Shown: positions 26,358-39,137 of the stretch, piece after piece
Layout of the letters: every line of letters begins with the position of its first letter
How positions within the stretch are numbered: the first letter of the stretch is position 1
Assembly (NCBI GenBank): GCA_002633005.1
Contig: NMRA01001008.1
Coordinates: 1-64,000, forward strand
DNA from: Phoronis australis
Taxonomy: Eukaryota > Animalia > Phoronida
Reading direction: 5' to 3'
DNA length: 64,000 bases
Translations under genes and position numbers: made by a program
The notes under the pieces: generated by a model
The model's input: the letters and a program-made list of their open reading frames with translations, nothing else
The model's database searches: none
Told to the model about the DNA's origin: nothing

Positions 26358-27789
26358 CTGTTAACAAAAAGTGTTTATTTCATCAAAACATTAAGTTATG
26401 GAGAAACTTCTACTAAAAGAAGTCCCACTTAGAAATGGAAATTTAAGAAAAGATAGGAACCGTCGAAATATCTCCAAAAAGACGGAATAATGGGAAGGTG
26501 AGGTAGGAATAGTAGATATAGCACCTCATAAATGACCGTTTCACGGTTCGTGATTTGTGGAAGATCCGTTCTCCGTAGATAGTCGGTGGGCCAGATTTTG
26601 TAGGGCCTCTAGGAAATGGCTTTTGTGAGTACTTTAGGGGGCAATTTTATTTTGATGTTTTTTAATTCATTTATAAGAGTGTTTTCAAAATCTAAAAAGT
26701 TCCCACATATAAAGTTGCACATTTTTGAGAAATTTGAGTTTGAAGTTAGCTAATAATCACCAAAGAGCTTAGTAAACTTATATTTGTAAAAACAACAGTT
26801 TTGGTGACTTTTTTGTAAAACAAGTAATATGGTCCCATCAGTGCCATTGTATTGAACACTATTACACTCACATTACATGTTTTACTATTGTAAATTAATT
26901 GTAAACAATGAAATGTAAAGAGACACCTAGTGGCAAAAATGCAAACTAAGTCTGAATATTACTAGGAAGTTATTTTGACATTGCCAGGCAACAAAAATAA
27001 CACAAAACACTTGAGACTGGGCAAAATTTGTACCTCAATGGCTAAAACACTGACTAATGGTGTAAAATACAGCTTGTTTGCATAATACACCAGAAATACG
27101 TTATAGTGCAAAAACAATATAGTTGAATGATCTCTGTGAATGTGCACAAAGACTGTATGAAAATAATAGATTATTCTGACAGCGTTTATCAAGCAGTATG
27201 AGACAAATACATGACAATGATCAAAGTATGTACTTTCTATGACTTAATCAACAAATAAAATTAACTTTTTAATACAAAAAANNNNNNNNNNNNNNNNNNN
27301 NNNNNNNNNNNNNNNNNNNNNNNNNNNNNNNNNNNNNNNNNNNNNNNNNNNNNNNNNNNNNNNNNNNNNNNNNNNNNNNNNNNNNNNNNNNNNNNNNNNN
27401 NNNNNNNNNNNNNNNNNNNNNNNNNNNNNNNNNNNNNNNNNNNNNNNNNNNNNNNNNNNNNNNNNNNNNNNNNNNNNNNNNNNNNNNNNNNNNNNNNNNN
27501 NNNNNNNNNNNNNNNNNNNNNNNNNNNNNNNNNNNNNNNNNNNNNNNNNNNNNNNNNNNNNNNNNNNNNNNNNNNNNNNNNNNNNNNNNNNNNNNNNNNN
27601 NNNNNNNNNNNNNNNNNNNNNNNNNNNNNNNNNNNNNNNNNNNNNNNNNNNNNNNNNNNNNNNNNNNNNNNNNNNNNNNNNNNNNNNNNNNNNNNNNNNN
27701 NNNNNNNNNNNNNNNNNNNNNNNNNNNNNNNNNNNNNNNNNNNNNNNNNNNNNNNNNNNNNNNNNNNNNNNNNNNNNNNNNNNNNNNNN

Positions 27790-28103
27790 GTAATTGAGAC
27801 TCGATTTTCAATAAGTAATTCGATGACAACAAGGTTTCCTTTATCATCAAGATGGATTTTACCAACTTCACATTCAAAGTTATTATTTAGCAATATGCAG
27901 ACACCTCTCGATTCTCTTGTTCCAGGGCTCATGAAAACATCATATCCCCACTGGGCTCTAATAACAGAAATTTCTGATTCAATAAAATGAGTTTCTTGCA
28001 AGCAATAAATACTACAACACTTCCGTCTCAAAAATTCAAAGACGTCCTTTCTCTTAATTGTGTCCCTTAGCCCTCTGCAGTTTAAAGATAAGATACTAAC
28101 CAT
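27790..28103 (-). CDS. L1 ORF2 N-terminal APE endonuclease (cut by gap)
   Basis: MVSILSLNCRGLRDTIKRKDVFEFLRRKCCSIYCLQETH...SRGVCILLNN...DDKGNLVVI: the N-x-x-G-L and LQETH APE motifs. Confidence 0.92.
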
Positions 28104-28627
28104 GTTCCGACAAAAGACATGACAAATCGGGTCTATCAATTAAAATACTTAGTGTGATGTATATAGAACGTACACAAGTTGGTGAATCAACAAAAATCTC
28201 GCCCAGAAATATGTAAGAAAACAAAAAGGGAGTGGCTAAAATGTACTTCACCACCTCCATGATACACACTGGACATCAGCTAAGACGATACCCGCATTCA
28301 TAGACCTGTGTTGATATGCAAATCAGTTGTAGACACAATGAAAGACTCAACTGAATAGAACACTGCCCACATCAGTCAACTTTACATGCAGGTGTAATGG
28401 GCCGATGCCTAAAAACAAGCAAAGAAAGGACTGGCAATGCTCTATCTGTTACAGAGCCAAATCAATAGTTATCATACCATAGAAAAGAAACGAAAATCAT
28501 ACATACCGTCAGCAAAAAGCTGTGTAAGCATATCATATGAGCAATAAAGCAAACAATATTTTGCAGTCTTTTAATTAATGAAATTTTGGAAACACTATCT
28601 ACACTCACACGCAGTCACTGGACTTGT

Positions 28628-29359
28628 TTAACCTGACGACTCTCGCAAGTACGCAGGAATGTCGTGAAAATTATCCACAGAATACGACTTACGATCAATA
28701 TGAAGTGTGTCTCTGGTTAGGAAAACAGATTTTACTGAAGGACACGCCTTTGCAGCTTTCAAAATCGGGATGAGCGGCTTTCTCCTCTGTACCATTAGCC
28801 AGGGGAGATCTTCATTCACAAAGAATTCTGTACCTTTGAAGTTCTTGCGCCCCGACCAAATTTTCTCTCTTTGTTCGAAAAAGGTGAATTTTGCAATTAT
28901 TGCCCGAGGTTTTCCATTCTTTTTCACTCCTGTTCTATGCACACGCTCGAATGAGATGTCTGTTATGTTGAATAACGTTTTCAAAACGGAGCATAACTTT
29001 TCTTTACAGGACTCCCCATCGCTTTCTTGTATGCCACCGAATCTAAGGTTTGAACGGCGTGATTGAAACTCGATATTACATAGTTGTTTATTCAGCTTTT
29101 CATTTTCCTCCGTCAGCGCCCTTATATTTTTTTCATTGTTTTTAGAACGTTCGCTACTTTCCTCCGCCAATGAGTGAGTTATTGCAATAGAATTCTTGAT
29201 TTCCGACAGAGTTGAGCTCATACCTGCTAACTGTTCTTTGATAGATGAAAGCCAGGCGGGCTCTGTCTCGGGTACGGTACGAGTTTCGCTAATCATTGAA
29301 ACTGACCTCGTAGCTACAGAATAATCAGCGATAGTCTTCTTCAGTTTGGAGCGACCCAT
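28628..29359 (-). CDS. L1 ORF1p (coiled coil + RRM + CTD), 243 aa, intact
   Basis: Heptad-rich N-terminus followed by RRSNLRFGGIQES...FERVHRTG...PRAIIAKF...FFVNEDLP. Confidence 0.9.
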   Translation of the reverse strand: MGRSKLKKTIADYSVATRSVSMISETRTVPETEPAWLSSIKEQLAGMSSTLSEIKNSIAITHSLAEESSERSKNNEKNIRALTEENEKLNKQLCNIEFQSRRSNLRFGGIQESDGESCKEKLCSVLKTLFNITDISFERVHRTGVKKNGKPRAIIAKFTFFEQREKIWSGRKNFKGTEFFVNEDLPWLMVQRRKPLIPILKAAKACPSVKSVFLTRDTLHIDRKSYSVDNFHDIPAYLRESSG

Positions 29360-29929
29360 CTTTCAAAAACGTGCAAGCAGAAATACAACTACGGTATGAG
29401 AAATTTGAATTTCGCGGGGCGTCTCAGCAGAGCTCCTCAAAACACGTCTTCTCGCTCCGCCATTTTAACCGGCCGTCCACTTTCGTATCTCTTAGTCGGG
29501 CACAAACTACAACAGTGAGTAACTTCAACAATATTTCTTAAGGTTGCCAGTCCAAAAAACTTCATGCACACCAGCTTTCTGAAGAACAGCTTCAAAGTCT
29601 TGCTTCAGTTTTGAAAGGCAAATGGCATCTCCTTGTGTTGAAAGCTTCAATTCAATGAACTCCAAACAAAACTGTACAAAAACATCTCTGAAAACTGTGA
29701 ATTCGTCACTCTTCAAAATCGTTGTCTTTCTACTTTTTATAGCATGATGATCTGTGGTACTTGGCTTCTTAGACAGAAGGACTTTATCTTTGAATTTCAT
29801 TTGCATATTCAGGGTTTTGGACTGAGCTGTTGCTTGCGATACAAGTCCAACTGAACAAAACCCGAACTGTTAACACTAATTTAACATTCAACTATGAATG
29901 AGTTGGCATGCAACTTTTTCAGACGGACT

Positions 29930-30778
29930 CAGTGACGGATCTAGGATATCACAAAGGGGGGCTCAAGTTTTTGTCCGGCTGTAAGCATTTGCGCAAACCG
30001 AACTACGATTGTAGATGCGCATAGCACCGAAGTGGGGGGAGGGCGGGAGGGGGGTTTGCCCCCGCCCAAGAAATTTTTCTGTTTTTACCTTAAAAAATCA
30101 AGCACTTTCCTTGACTACTAATCTCTTTCTAAGAGACCTACTTATTTATGGTCCATAACCTACTTCTATTTGTAATGCTTATTACAAGTTTTATATTCTG
30201 TGCCATCAATTCTTAACAAATTTGTCGTATTTAAAATAGACTTCAAATGCCCAAAAGACCAAATCCGTTTTTCGTGTTGACAATAATGACGGGATTGCTT
30301 TGGAAATCGTCTTAAGATAAGGTTTGACAAGGAGAGTATTGCGAGTTTCTGAGTGATTCACTAAGTCTTCGATTAAAATTCACATCTTACCAGCAACTTC
30401 TGTTTTTTCATCGTCACTCAGGTTCCATTTTCTTTAAAAAATGAAGTAAATTTTCTTGATTGCACAGTGGAGCAGACGAAGGAAACGGAGTCGTATTGTG
30501 CAGCGCCACGGCCGGTCGCCTGGGATATCGCGGGAGAGTCTATACTTAGCCATAGTTCCGTTACGAATGCGCCGCGTTCCGAATGTGACACTTGAAATTG
30601 GGTTTGAGCCCCCCCCACACTAAAACTGCACACATTTATATCTTTTTTCATCCGTATAATGTTAATTACCGGGGTTAATTAATAAACTCAACATTTCCCT
30701 ACGCTCTTACTGTTTTATTTTTTTGAGGCAGCCAAGGGGGGGCCGGGCCCCCTGCCTTCCCCCCTAAATCCGCCTATG
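29930..30778. mobile_element. MITE (hAT5-like) inserted in Academ copy 1
   Basis: TIR cagtgacggatctagg / cctaaatccgcctatg; flanks ggact / tgact; absent at the matching site of copy 2 (ttttcagacgggcttatcagg, about 46042-46062). Confidence 0.75.
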
Positions 30779-33254
30779 TGACTTATCAGGAAGTGATCCA
30801 CCACCAGCCTATCAAATTTACATGCCGTCTGATCTCTAGCCTATTAATGTTGACCGTCTAATAATTAGATCAGTTGATGCAACTGAAAATAAATCAGCTG
30901 ATATATCAATGCAGTGATTGAGATTTATTTTTTTTAAATCAGATGATCAAGCCATAGTCAATCGATTTGCACTTAAGATAATCGACGTTTGACGAAATTT
31001 ACAGTGGCTTCCATCGTCCTCAAATTTCGACAGCGACAATGGCCACTTAGGCACTTTAATTTAATTGTCATTGCAGCTATCTAAGTAATTAATGTTTACA
31101 AAAATTGAGACTACGGAAGGGGATGACGGCCACTTGGGCATGTTGTTTGCAACCATCTACTCCATTTAACCTTGTCAAAATTTTTTGACTTAAAGTGCTT
31201 TAAAATCACACCCACAGTATAACGCCATAGGATTATCCCTTAGCGCAAGCAGTGTCGATGTGGCAACTGAATGGAGTGTTCGAAAAACAGGATTGCAGGG
31301 GTATTTGTTTAAACTGGGAACAAATGAAAACATTAACGACCTGCTCAGAGGCATCTCTCTACGCGTACTTCTAAACTTATAGAAACATAATTTGCCGAAA
31401 AGTATCCGGCATATGGAGTACCTACGGTATGATCATCGTCTCTACTGGGTCAGCAGTATTGTTTAAGGCCTAGGCAGCCAAAGGGCTGAACAAGTTAAAA
31501 AAACAACTGGTGATAACACTAAAACACATGGAAAACACCAAGATTTTTCAAGAACACGCACCTGTTTTTGAAAGCTATACTTCTTTCTCTTTCTTGAAAT
31601 GTGGCCCATAATGTACTTTTCCTGCTAACAAATGATGCACTCATGTTTCAGAATGTTCCTATTGTCTTCAAGTTAATTGGGTGTTTCAGATTTTGAAAGT
31701 ATAATTGATTTTCTTGGGAAATCTTGGATAACATCTGTATCACTTTCAGCAACTTCAGCTTTAGTACTACTGTTGGTGCATTGAAACGTTTCTCTGCTGT
31801 TCTATGTCCTTTCATTTTTTTGTTCTGACTCTTGGTCTTCTAGTCTACAGCACTCAGCAGTATACTGTGTAGGCTACCAGGACCTGCAGCTGTTTTCTGC
31901 ACAAACGTTTGTGACACCTCTTCTTTTTGATGTACTGATCTAAAGAGTTCCACAGTCAATCAGCTTTCGTCAGGAAGCTTTCCTAAGCTTCTTTAGGCTC
32001 TGACATCACAATTTTGTGCTGTTTGATAAACCTTGAATTATACGGGCATCACACTACATGGGAGCAGCCATATTGAAGTAACTAAGCACAACAATTCAAT
32101 CTGGCTCTCTGATTTGTCAATTCAATAGAAAAGCGCCATCAAGTGGCAGGAATTTGCATCATATTTTGTTTAACAAAAACACCTTTTAAAAAAAATGTGC
32201 AAGTGGAGACGTGGGAACATTTTGGAATTTGATTTATAGGTATATTATCTAGCCACATAGAAAAAACTAGGTTGCCCCCCCCCCTAAAGTACTCACAAGG
32301 ATGAACGCTATGAGATCTGGCCCACCGACTAAGAGGCGAGAATCCTTTAAAAACGCAATAACGCGTAAAACTTCGCGAGATATCGCCATGTATTACAACA
32401 TTATTAGCGAGATTCTTGCTTCAACCGAAGTTGCCGTTGTCTGGAAACGTAGATGTGCTTTCTGTTTTCATTGGTTGGTTTCATTTGGATGTAAAGTGAC
32501 GTATCCGTCTTTGTTCAAAAGGGAAGATAAGTTCCCAGGTTACCTAGTTTGTCCAAACTGTCGGTTTTACACCTTTATACGATTTTATCGTTTGTGTCGT
32601 ACTTGTAAGATTTCGTTTGTGTGAAATTTTGGTTAAATAAATTAAATAAAACGTGACGTGAAGTTTAACGTTGGTCGACGGCAAAAATACACTCTACACC
32701 ACATGCTGCTCCAATAGTGTGTCAAATTGACAAACTCATAGCGGATGACGCAACGAAGTACTGAAATATCAGTCCAATTTCTGTGCGAAAACTAGCTAAT
32801 GGTACTGTACGGGCATTGGGTCAACTTACTATATTGCACGATGTAGATAATGAAGCCACGCTTTATTTTCATCTATAATTTTGTAGATGTACAAATACAT
32901 CAACAGCGGCTACAACAACGAACCAGACAGTGAGAAGCCGGACTGGAAGACGTTTTACTGGGGAGCCTAGTATCCCGCGCTCCTTCGTGTCAAACAGACA
33001 TGGGATCCTGACAACACGTTCACCTGTCTACATTGCGTGGGCTCTGACCTTGTCTGAAACTGACTGTTATGAATTGTGGCTGGAAACAGAACCATTAGAT
33101 CATATCTTGGTTACTGTCGCTTTCTATCCCAATCAGCAAAAACGGATACAATTTCAAACATAACAGTGAAAGTTTTTTTGTTCAAACGGCGCCCATGTCT
33201 TAGCTGTGAATAACTCCTGGAAATTTATTACATGTGAAGAATGTTGCCTTACAT

Positions 33255-34429
33255 AAACAAGAGCAACACGGAGCTTTGAAATGGTCCCACGAATGCACCG
33301 CAAACGGTTTGATTCTTGGGATGTTTATTTGTATCATAAAGATGGCCACTAGAAGGTCAAAATACGAAAATGTAACCGTTTCAATAACAAAAAGCTATTT
33401 ACCACATTTTATGATAATCTGTCAAGGAAATACAGAGAAACAGAGGAAAATAGAAAAAATCAAATTGCCACTAGAAGTCACAGCGTTCATTGGATGCGTC
33501 TGAAAGTTGTAGTCTTCCGTTGTCAACTTCACATACATGTAGATATAATTGCGTTACTTAATAAAAATCCTGCAGAGGGCTCATACAACTGTGGGTGTAA
33601 AAAAACTGACACTAAGAGGCGCCACAGTAATCAAAGCTGTTCGAAAATCATCATCAATTGTCATCTTCACACTAAGAACATATAAGCCAATGTTCACAAT
33701 CATCCTAAGATGGAGCAAAATATGTCGACTCCGTCCGTAAACGGAAAAATGTCATCGTTTCTTTAACAAAAAGATGTTCATCAAATTTCATGAAAATCCG
33801 TCAAGGAACTTCAGAGAAACAGAAGAAAACGGGAAAATGAGATTGCCACTAGGGATCCGTCATTAAGCTGTCGTTTTCCGTTGACAACTTCATATAAATA
33901 CACGCGCTAAATTTAATAAAGATCCTGCAGCTAAAAAACAAAACTGCCACTAGGAGGCGCCGCAGTAGTCAAAGTGGGAAAATCATCTGCAATCCTCCTC
34001 TTCATGGTAAGAACAAACGTGCCAATTTTCATAATTATACTCCGAGTGGTTTGGGTGATAGAGGGGCGGACGCCAAAAATACACTCGAGAATAGTAAATA
34101 ATGATCAATAGATGGCGCAACATGCCTCAAACCCATCCGAAAACGGAAGGATAGCGTCATCTCATTAATAGATGCCTGTGGGCCAAATTTCATGAAAACT
34201 GGTTTGAAGATACAGAGACAAACGTGAAAAACTAAAATTGCCACTGAGAGGCACAGCAGTAGTCGGGTCGGTCCGAAACTCGTCGGCCTCTGTCGTCAAC
34301 CCGGAACACACCTGCCAAATTTCAGTAAGATCCTGCAAGGGGTTTAAGACTGCCGCGGACGCCCGGCTGAAGCCCAGACAAAGATGACGGCAGTAGGCAC
34401 CTACATATAAATATGTGGGCGCATAAAAA
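33255..34429. mobile_element. Helentron-associated (HINE/DINE-like) element with internal degenerate tandem units
   Basis: Starts aaacaagag and ends in the hairpin cctacatataaatatgtggg + cgcataaaaa; units of about 380-395 bp marked by attgccact (33468, 33846, 34241) and aaatttcatgaaaa. Confidence 0.5.
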
Positions 34430-35071
34430 GGACACTAACACTCTTCTGGTGATTTCAATGCATAGGCGTCTCACTTGAGTGACAAAACGGGATTCAGAGC
34501 AGTAACAACACACTGTTTCACAGAATGGATATCATGATTATTGGTGGGTGTGTAGTGAGGAAAAGAGTTGCCATTTGGTAATTGCGCTTTAAAAATCACA
34601 ATGAAGTGGATAAAAAAGAAGAACGGTACATAAGCAAATTTAGCTGTATGAGGATCTTTGATGGAGTGGGTGTTCGAAACTTAATATAAATGATCAGTGC
34701 CTAAGTTGAACGTGAATCGCATTATTTTTCGGTTTTCAAAACAGACAAATCCAGTAAACGGTGAGTGTAAGGACATTTTGCATGAACGGTAAGTGGCTGA
34801 AACGACTTCTTTATCGGATGGTTTCGATAACGACAATAACATGAAAATACATGTAAACCTGATGGAATGCTTTCAGAAGAGTAAATTTCGCGGATGATCC
34901 GCTATCGAATAACGCAGCGCAACAGTCAACCAATACCAATCCATGTCGTCTTGGTTCTGCCAAAGACAGTATTGATGTTAAATCCAATAATGCAGCCTCT
35001 CAAATACTATCATTGCAGCATGCAAATATTGATTGATCGAACCCGTGGCATGAGGCAACTCCGGTACTTAC

Positions 35072-35131
35072 ATTTGGGTTTTGTTACACCAACGCCTGAG
35101 CGAGCTTGAACCAAACTGTGACTAACGCGTC
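35072..35131 (-). CDS. Candidate 60-nt exon (phase 1-1) of the secreted-protein gene
   Basis: cattag|...|gtaagt; reads RRVSHSLVQARSGVGVTKPK in frame; the polypyrimidine tract is weak. Confidence 0.3.
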
Positions 35132-35287
35132 CTAATGTATTCACAACTTAGTGCGCGTGGCTTAGCCACTCTGACGAAGAAAATATATTCTCTAGTTTCT
35201 CTCATAACCCATCGATTTTAACAAGTCGAAGATGGCTAGTCTTTACTTTTCAGGTTTGGAAACGGTAACATTGATCGTATGTCTTAC

Positions 35288-35321
35288 TTGTTGTTTCCTT
35301 TTGCACTTTGGAACTCGAACG
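35288..35321 (-). CDS. 34-nt exon following the signal peptide
   Basis: cctgtttag|CGTTCG...ACAACAA|gtaaga; reads RSSSKVQKETT, phase 0 to 1. Confidence 0.5.
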
Positions 35322-36318
35322 CTAAACAGGAATGTTGGCTTACGAACGGAATTACATGTATCGTGTTCAATACGCTTTTGGCCAAGACCATGAATAACAA
35401 CTAGCTCACGTCAATTTGTGACGGCGCCCTCAAGCTTTTTATGAAATTCGCTGGATACTCTGAGGTGAACATTGCACGCCTTTTCGTCATCTTGCGTGGT
35501 AATTCTCGCTGCGTAGGAGTCATCTAACAACGTAAAAATTAAGAATGCTCGAAAAATAAGCATCTTCTCAGAAACTTCGGCTATGAAACGAAATAAAAGT
35601 GAGATGGGGAACCACAGATTGGTTGAAATATCTTCGTGCTTTTGAAGCGATAAGCTGCGATTCAGTGTGCAAAGGTAGAGGTGTTCCCAAAATTCATTTG
35701 ATCCCTACGTGAGGTCGTTTGGTAGTCGCAGTATTTTACCTGCCACGGGCAATAGACAATTGTTGAATTTTTTAACTTAATCCAGAGTATGCAAGTTACT
35801 GGAATATTTTGCATCGCAATTATTCTGGTTTGCACGGCTGCTTTTTCCTGTTCTCACGACGTGAGTCTCGTTAGCTTTCACTGCACTGCACTTAATGCAC
35901 AAACTGTTACGTTTTTAGGCAGCAACGTCAGCCTGTTCAGCACACCAGAACGGTTAGAAAGCTGACATTAAACGACATGCAGTATTTATTAAAAAAAGAA
36001 GAAAGTTTCATTATTTTTTAATTGGTACGTCCAAATTGTCTGGCACTTAACTGTCAACTGCTTGCATGAGTTGCTAATTTTAACTAAATACTTGATGAGG
36101 GCTCCCTCTCAAAGCCCGTTCTTCCACCGCTTTCCCAAGACCAGCAACCCTTTCTTGATGTTTAGTCAACATGGTAGCTATATCGAAAGATATCTTTGTC
36201 AAAATCAATCGAAACCAACATATCATATTCCCATAGCTGTTGCACAATATCTCATATGTAACTAAGTAAATTGGTGATTTCTTCCTAGATTGCATTTTCC
36301 ACGTTTAGAGATTCTTAC

Positions 36319-36387
36319 CTGCATAGGTGCAGCTGTTGCCATTCCAATTAGCGCTACAGACAGAAGGAAGGGACTCTTTATCTTCAT
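36319..36387 (-). CDS. Signal-peptide exon (probable start of the astacin gene)
   Basis: ttttatttctcag|ACAAGACA ATG... reads MKIKSPFLLSVALIGMATAAPMQ|gtaaga: basic N-terminus, hydrophobic core, AxA cleavage site. An upstream non-coding exon donor (gtgagt) lies at 37054-37059. Confidence 0.65.
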
Positions 36388-39137
36388 TGTCTTGTCTGAG
36401 AAATAAAATGGAAATTTAAAATAAATGTGTCGTCAGAGAATTGCGATAATGGTCCGTCATCCAAGGTTTGGTCCAAAGCTATCACAATTACACCGAAGTA
36501 TTGAATTAGCGCCTTTTATATATGGAACACACTAAGTGCCGCCTTTAAAGACTTGTGATGCACGAGTTCGTTAGCTTGTGACGTTGATGCTGGTGACGTT
36601 TAGTCAATACACGTGCAAGAAGTAATCGGAATTGAGGTTTCAACAATCTGTTGAATCATGGAACCAATCACAACGGCACTCGATAACAACGTGATTTAAT
36701 TTTTGCCCGTAATGTGACCTATAGTGTGCGTATTTAACAGGTTCCATTTTATTAACCAATTGATTGGGACGTCACCATGATCACAACAGTTGGTTATGAA
36801 CCGTCGTGTAAAAAGTCAAATCAACCACCGTCATATCGAATATATATTACTAACGGCCCAAATACGTCTTATTGATTAAAGGTCAACGGTCCTGAACTTA
36901 CGCAAGCATTACTAGTTAGTTGTCGAAGACAAAAATGAGTTGTCATGTGGTATTCCATAAATAATCATATTCGCCCAGTCGCTGCATTACGTTTTATTCC
37001 AGAGGCGTTGAAATCAGTCTATTGCAATGCGGCCATTTGATACTGTTTTCCGTACTCACCTCCTGCACTACTTCAACTGCCTTCTGACATGGAAAGTTTA
37101 AAGGTAGGTCAATGTCGATTCGACATCGTTAGCCAGTTCGATCACCAAACTTTCCGAAAATAGTTTAAACTAATACAATTGCAACAGTATAAATAACACT
37201 AAACATGCAATGAGGTCCCAAAAGTAACATCTGGTACAAAACAGTTGATTGTATGAACACTTCTGTCTCAGTTTCCAATTGCTAAATATTATTGGGGACA
37301 AATAAAACAACAAGAATAATGTACTACATTTTAAGTTGTACTATATCGTCTCCAACTAAGGCCCCGATTCCTATTTTCAGGAAATGATACAAGTTGCACT
37401 CAACAGTTTGTGCTGATTTGGGCTTGAAAAACAGGACCTGGCAGCTCCAGCAATCTATTCCACATGGACGGTATATTATGCTCAAGAAATCGCTTTTGAT
37501 CCATTAGTGTAGATTTAAAGGTGACTTGTATTTCCCGAAAGTGGTTTAGCCGTTGATACAGTGTTCAAGTAGAACATGTTTTAAATTCAATGTAAACCTT
37601 TCTCCAAGCATGTTTTTGTTTTACCAAAGCGTTTAAAATAATTTATACATGTACTTAAGTTACCACCTTAAATATGGCCTAACATGCGACAAAGTAAGCT
37701 CAGTTCAAAGCAGTTCGGGGCTCCAAACCATTTAAGCACGTTTTGATCCCCTTTGTCCATTTTCACAGTGAAATTGATCCAAACACGATTCAAAACGGAA
37801 AGTAATTCCGCTCGCTTTATGGTGGAACGTGCATATAGAGTTGAAGAATCCTACTCGGCAGTGTGCCCAGTTTTAGTCCACTGCGCCGCAGATGAAACCC
37901 TTTAAATTGTGAGCACATCAAATTTTCGAAGGCATTTTTAAAAGCATTATAGCGCCTGAGTTTTTGTTCTGAACTTTACTTGGAAATACAACATGTTTCT
38001 AGTGTAATCCTTTTGTTTCAACAGTACTGATGATAGGTAACTAATTTTGGTTGAGAAAAGGCTTATGTTGTAAATGAATATCATTTAACATTGGTGGTTC
38101 ATGTTGAGAAATACGCATTTAATGTAGGCTTACTGTGAAAACACATATTAGGCATAAGATGATTCATTTGTAAATTTTATACATTAGTTCCGGTTTCAGA
38201 TCAATAGAGCGCATGTTATCTTATTTGCGACTGTACTATAAAAAGAGTGTACGTTGTTTTTAATGATTGATATCTTAATTCAAATGCCTCGTTTACGTTT
38301 AAAGGCCACTTACTATTTATTTTAACTTGTCAATTACTGCTTTTTAGCCTTGCAGTTTATGACATGTAGCTTATTGTCCCACGCAGCGCTCATAAGCCGA
38401 AATGACAAAGTTTAAACTATTGAAAGAAACACGTGTGTAGTGGTAAATCTTATTACGTTTGATCAATCAGTTCTGTACAGTCAATGACTTCGCAAAGCTA
38501 ACGCGCCATAATAAAGAAACCAAAAGAAGGGGTTACACCCAAAACATGAATAAAAGGAGGTGCAATTAATGAAATGTTGTTTCGTCATTTACTGTAGAAG
38601 CAACTTCGAATGTTCACAAAATCTATCGTGAACACGGTATTATACATGTAGTGCAGGCAAGCTTTTTGAGCTGTGCGTCGGAAGCGGGATATTTGTAACT
38701 GAAGTTTAAATTGCATCTACAGACATACATTTCGAAATAGAATGCGAAACTACATAAAGACCAAGTCATATGGGTAACGATACCACTTAATGGCTTACCA
38801 TACGCAATATCACATGAGAGAACTAGACAAGCGGCAAGTTTCTATTTTAGCTGATCCTGCATTCTGTACTGCCTGATGATGTTACCAATTTGCTAATACC
38901 TCATTGGATGTCACGACTCCACAGTTTTGAGTTCAGCATGCGTAGCCTAGTTTTATGCTGTGGTCGTTTGAAATGAACATAATAATATTCATGTGGAAAA
39001 CAAAAATTAGTGTATGATTGCCTCCACTTCGTGTACAGGCCAGTTGGCGTGTTTTTGATTTAACTCTTGGTTTCGTTAAAAAAATTCATCAATAATAGCA
39101 CCAGAAACGAACAGTTGTACAAAATATTCAAATATCA

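Larger units (their letters stand above)
27790..29478 (-). mobile_element. L1/Tx1-clade non-LTR retrotransposon, 5' half
   Basis: GC-rich 5' end ggacggccggttaaaatggcggag (YY1-type AAAATGGCG), ORF1, about 525-bp spacer, then the ORF2 endonuclease running into the gap. Confidence 0.9.
26580..32331. mobile_element. Academ-like non-autonomous DNA transposon, copy 1 (interrupted by gap, L1 and MITE)
   Basis: 17-bp TIR tagtcggtgggccagat / atctggcccaccgacta; 3-bp TSD AGA (26577-26579, 32332-32334); collinear with 44873-47611; transposase-like relic 29525-29806 on the minus strand. Confidence 0.85.

Noticed and set aside
27261-27877. Long ORFs spanning the N gap
   Set aside because: Their length is an artefact of the Ns; only 27790-28103 is real coding sequence.
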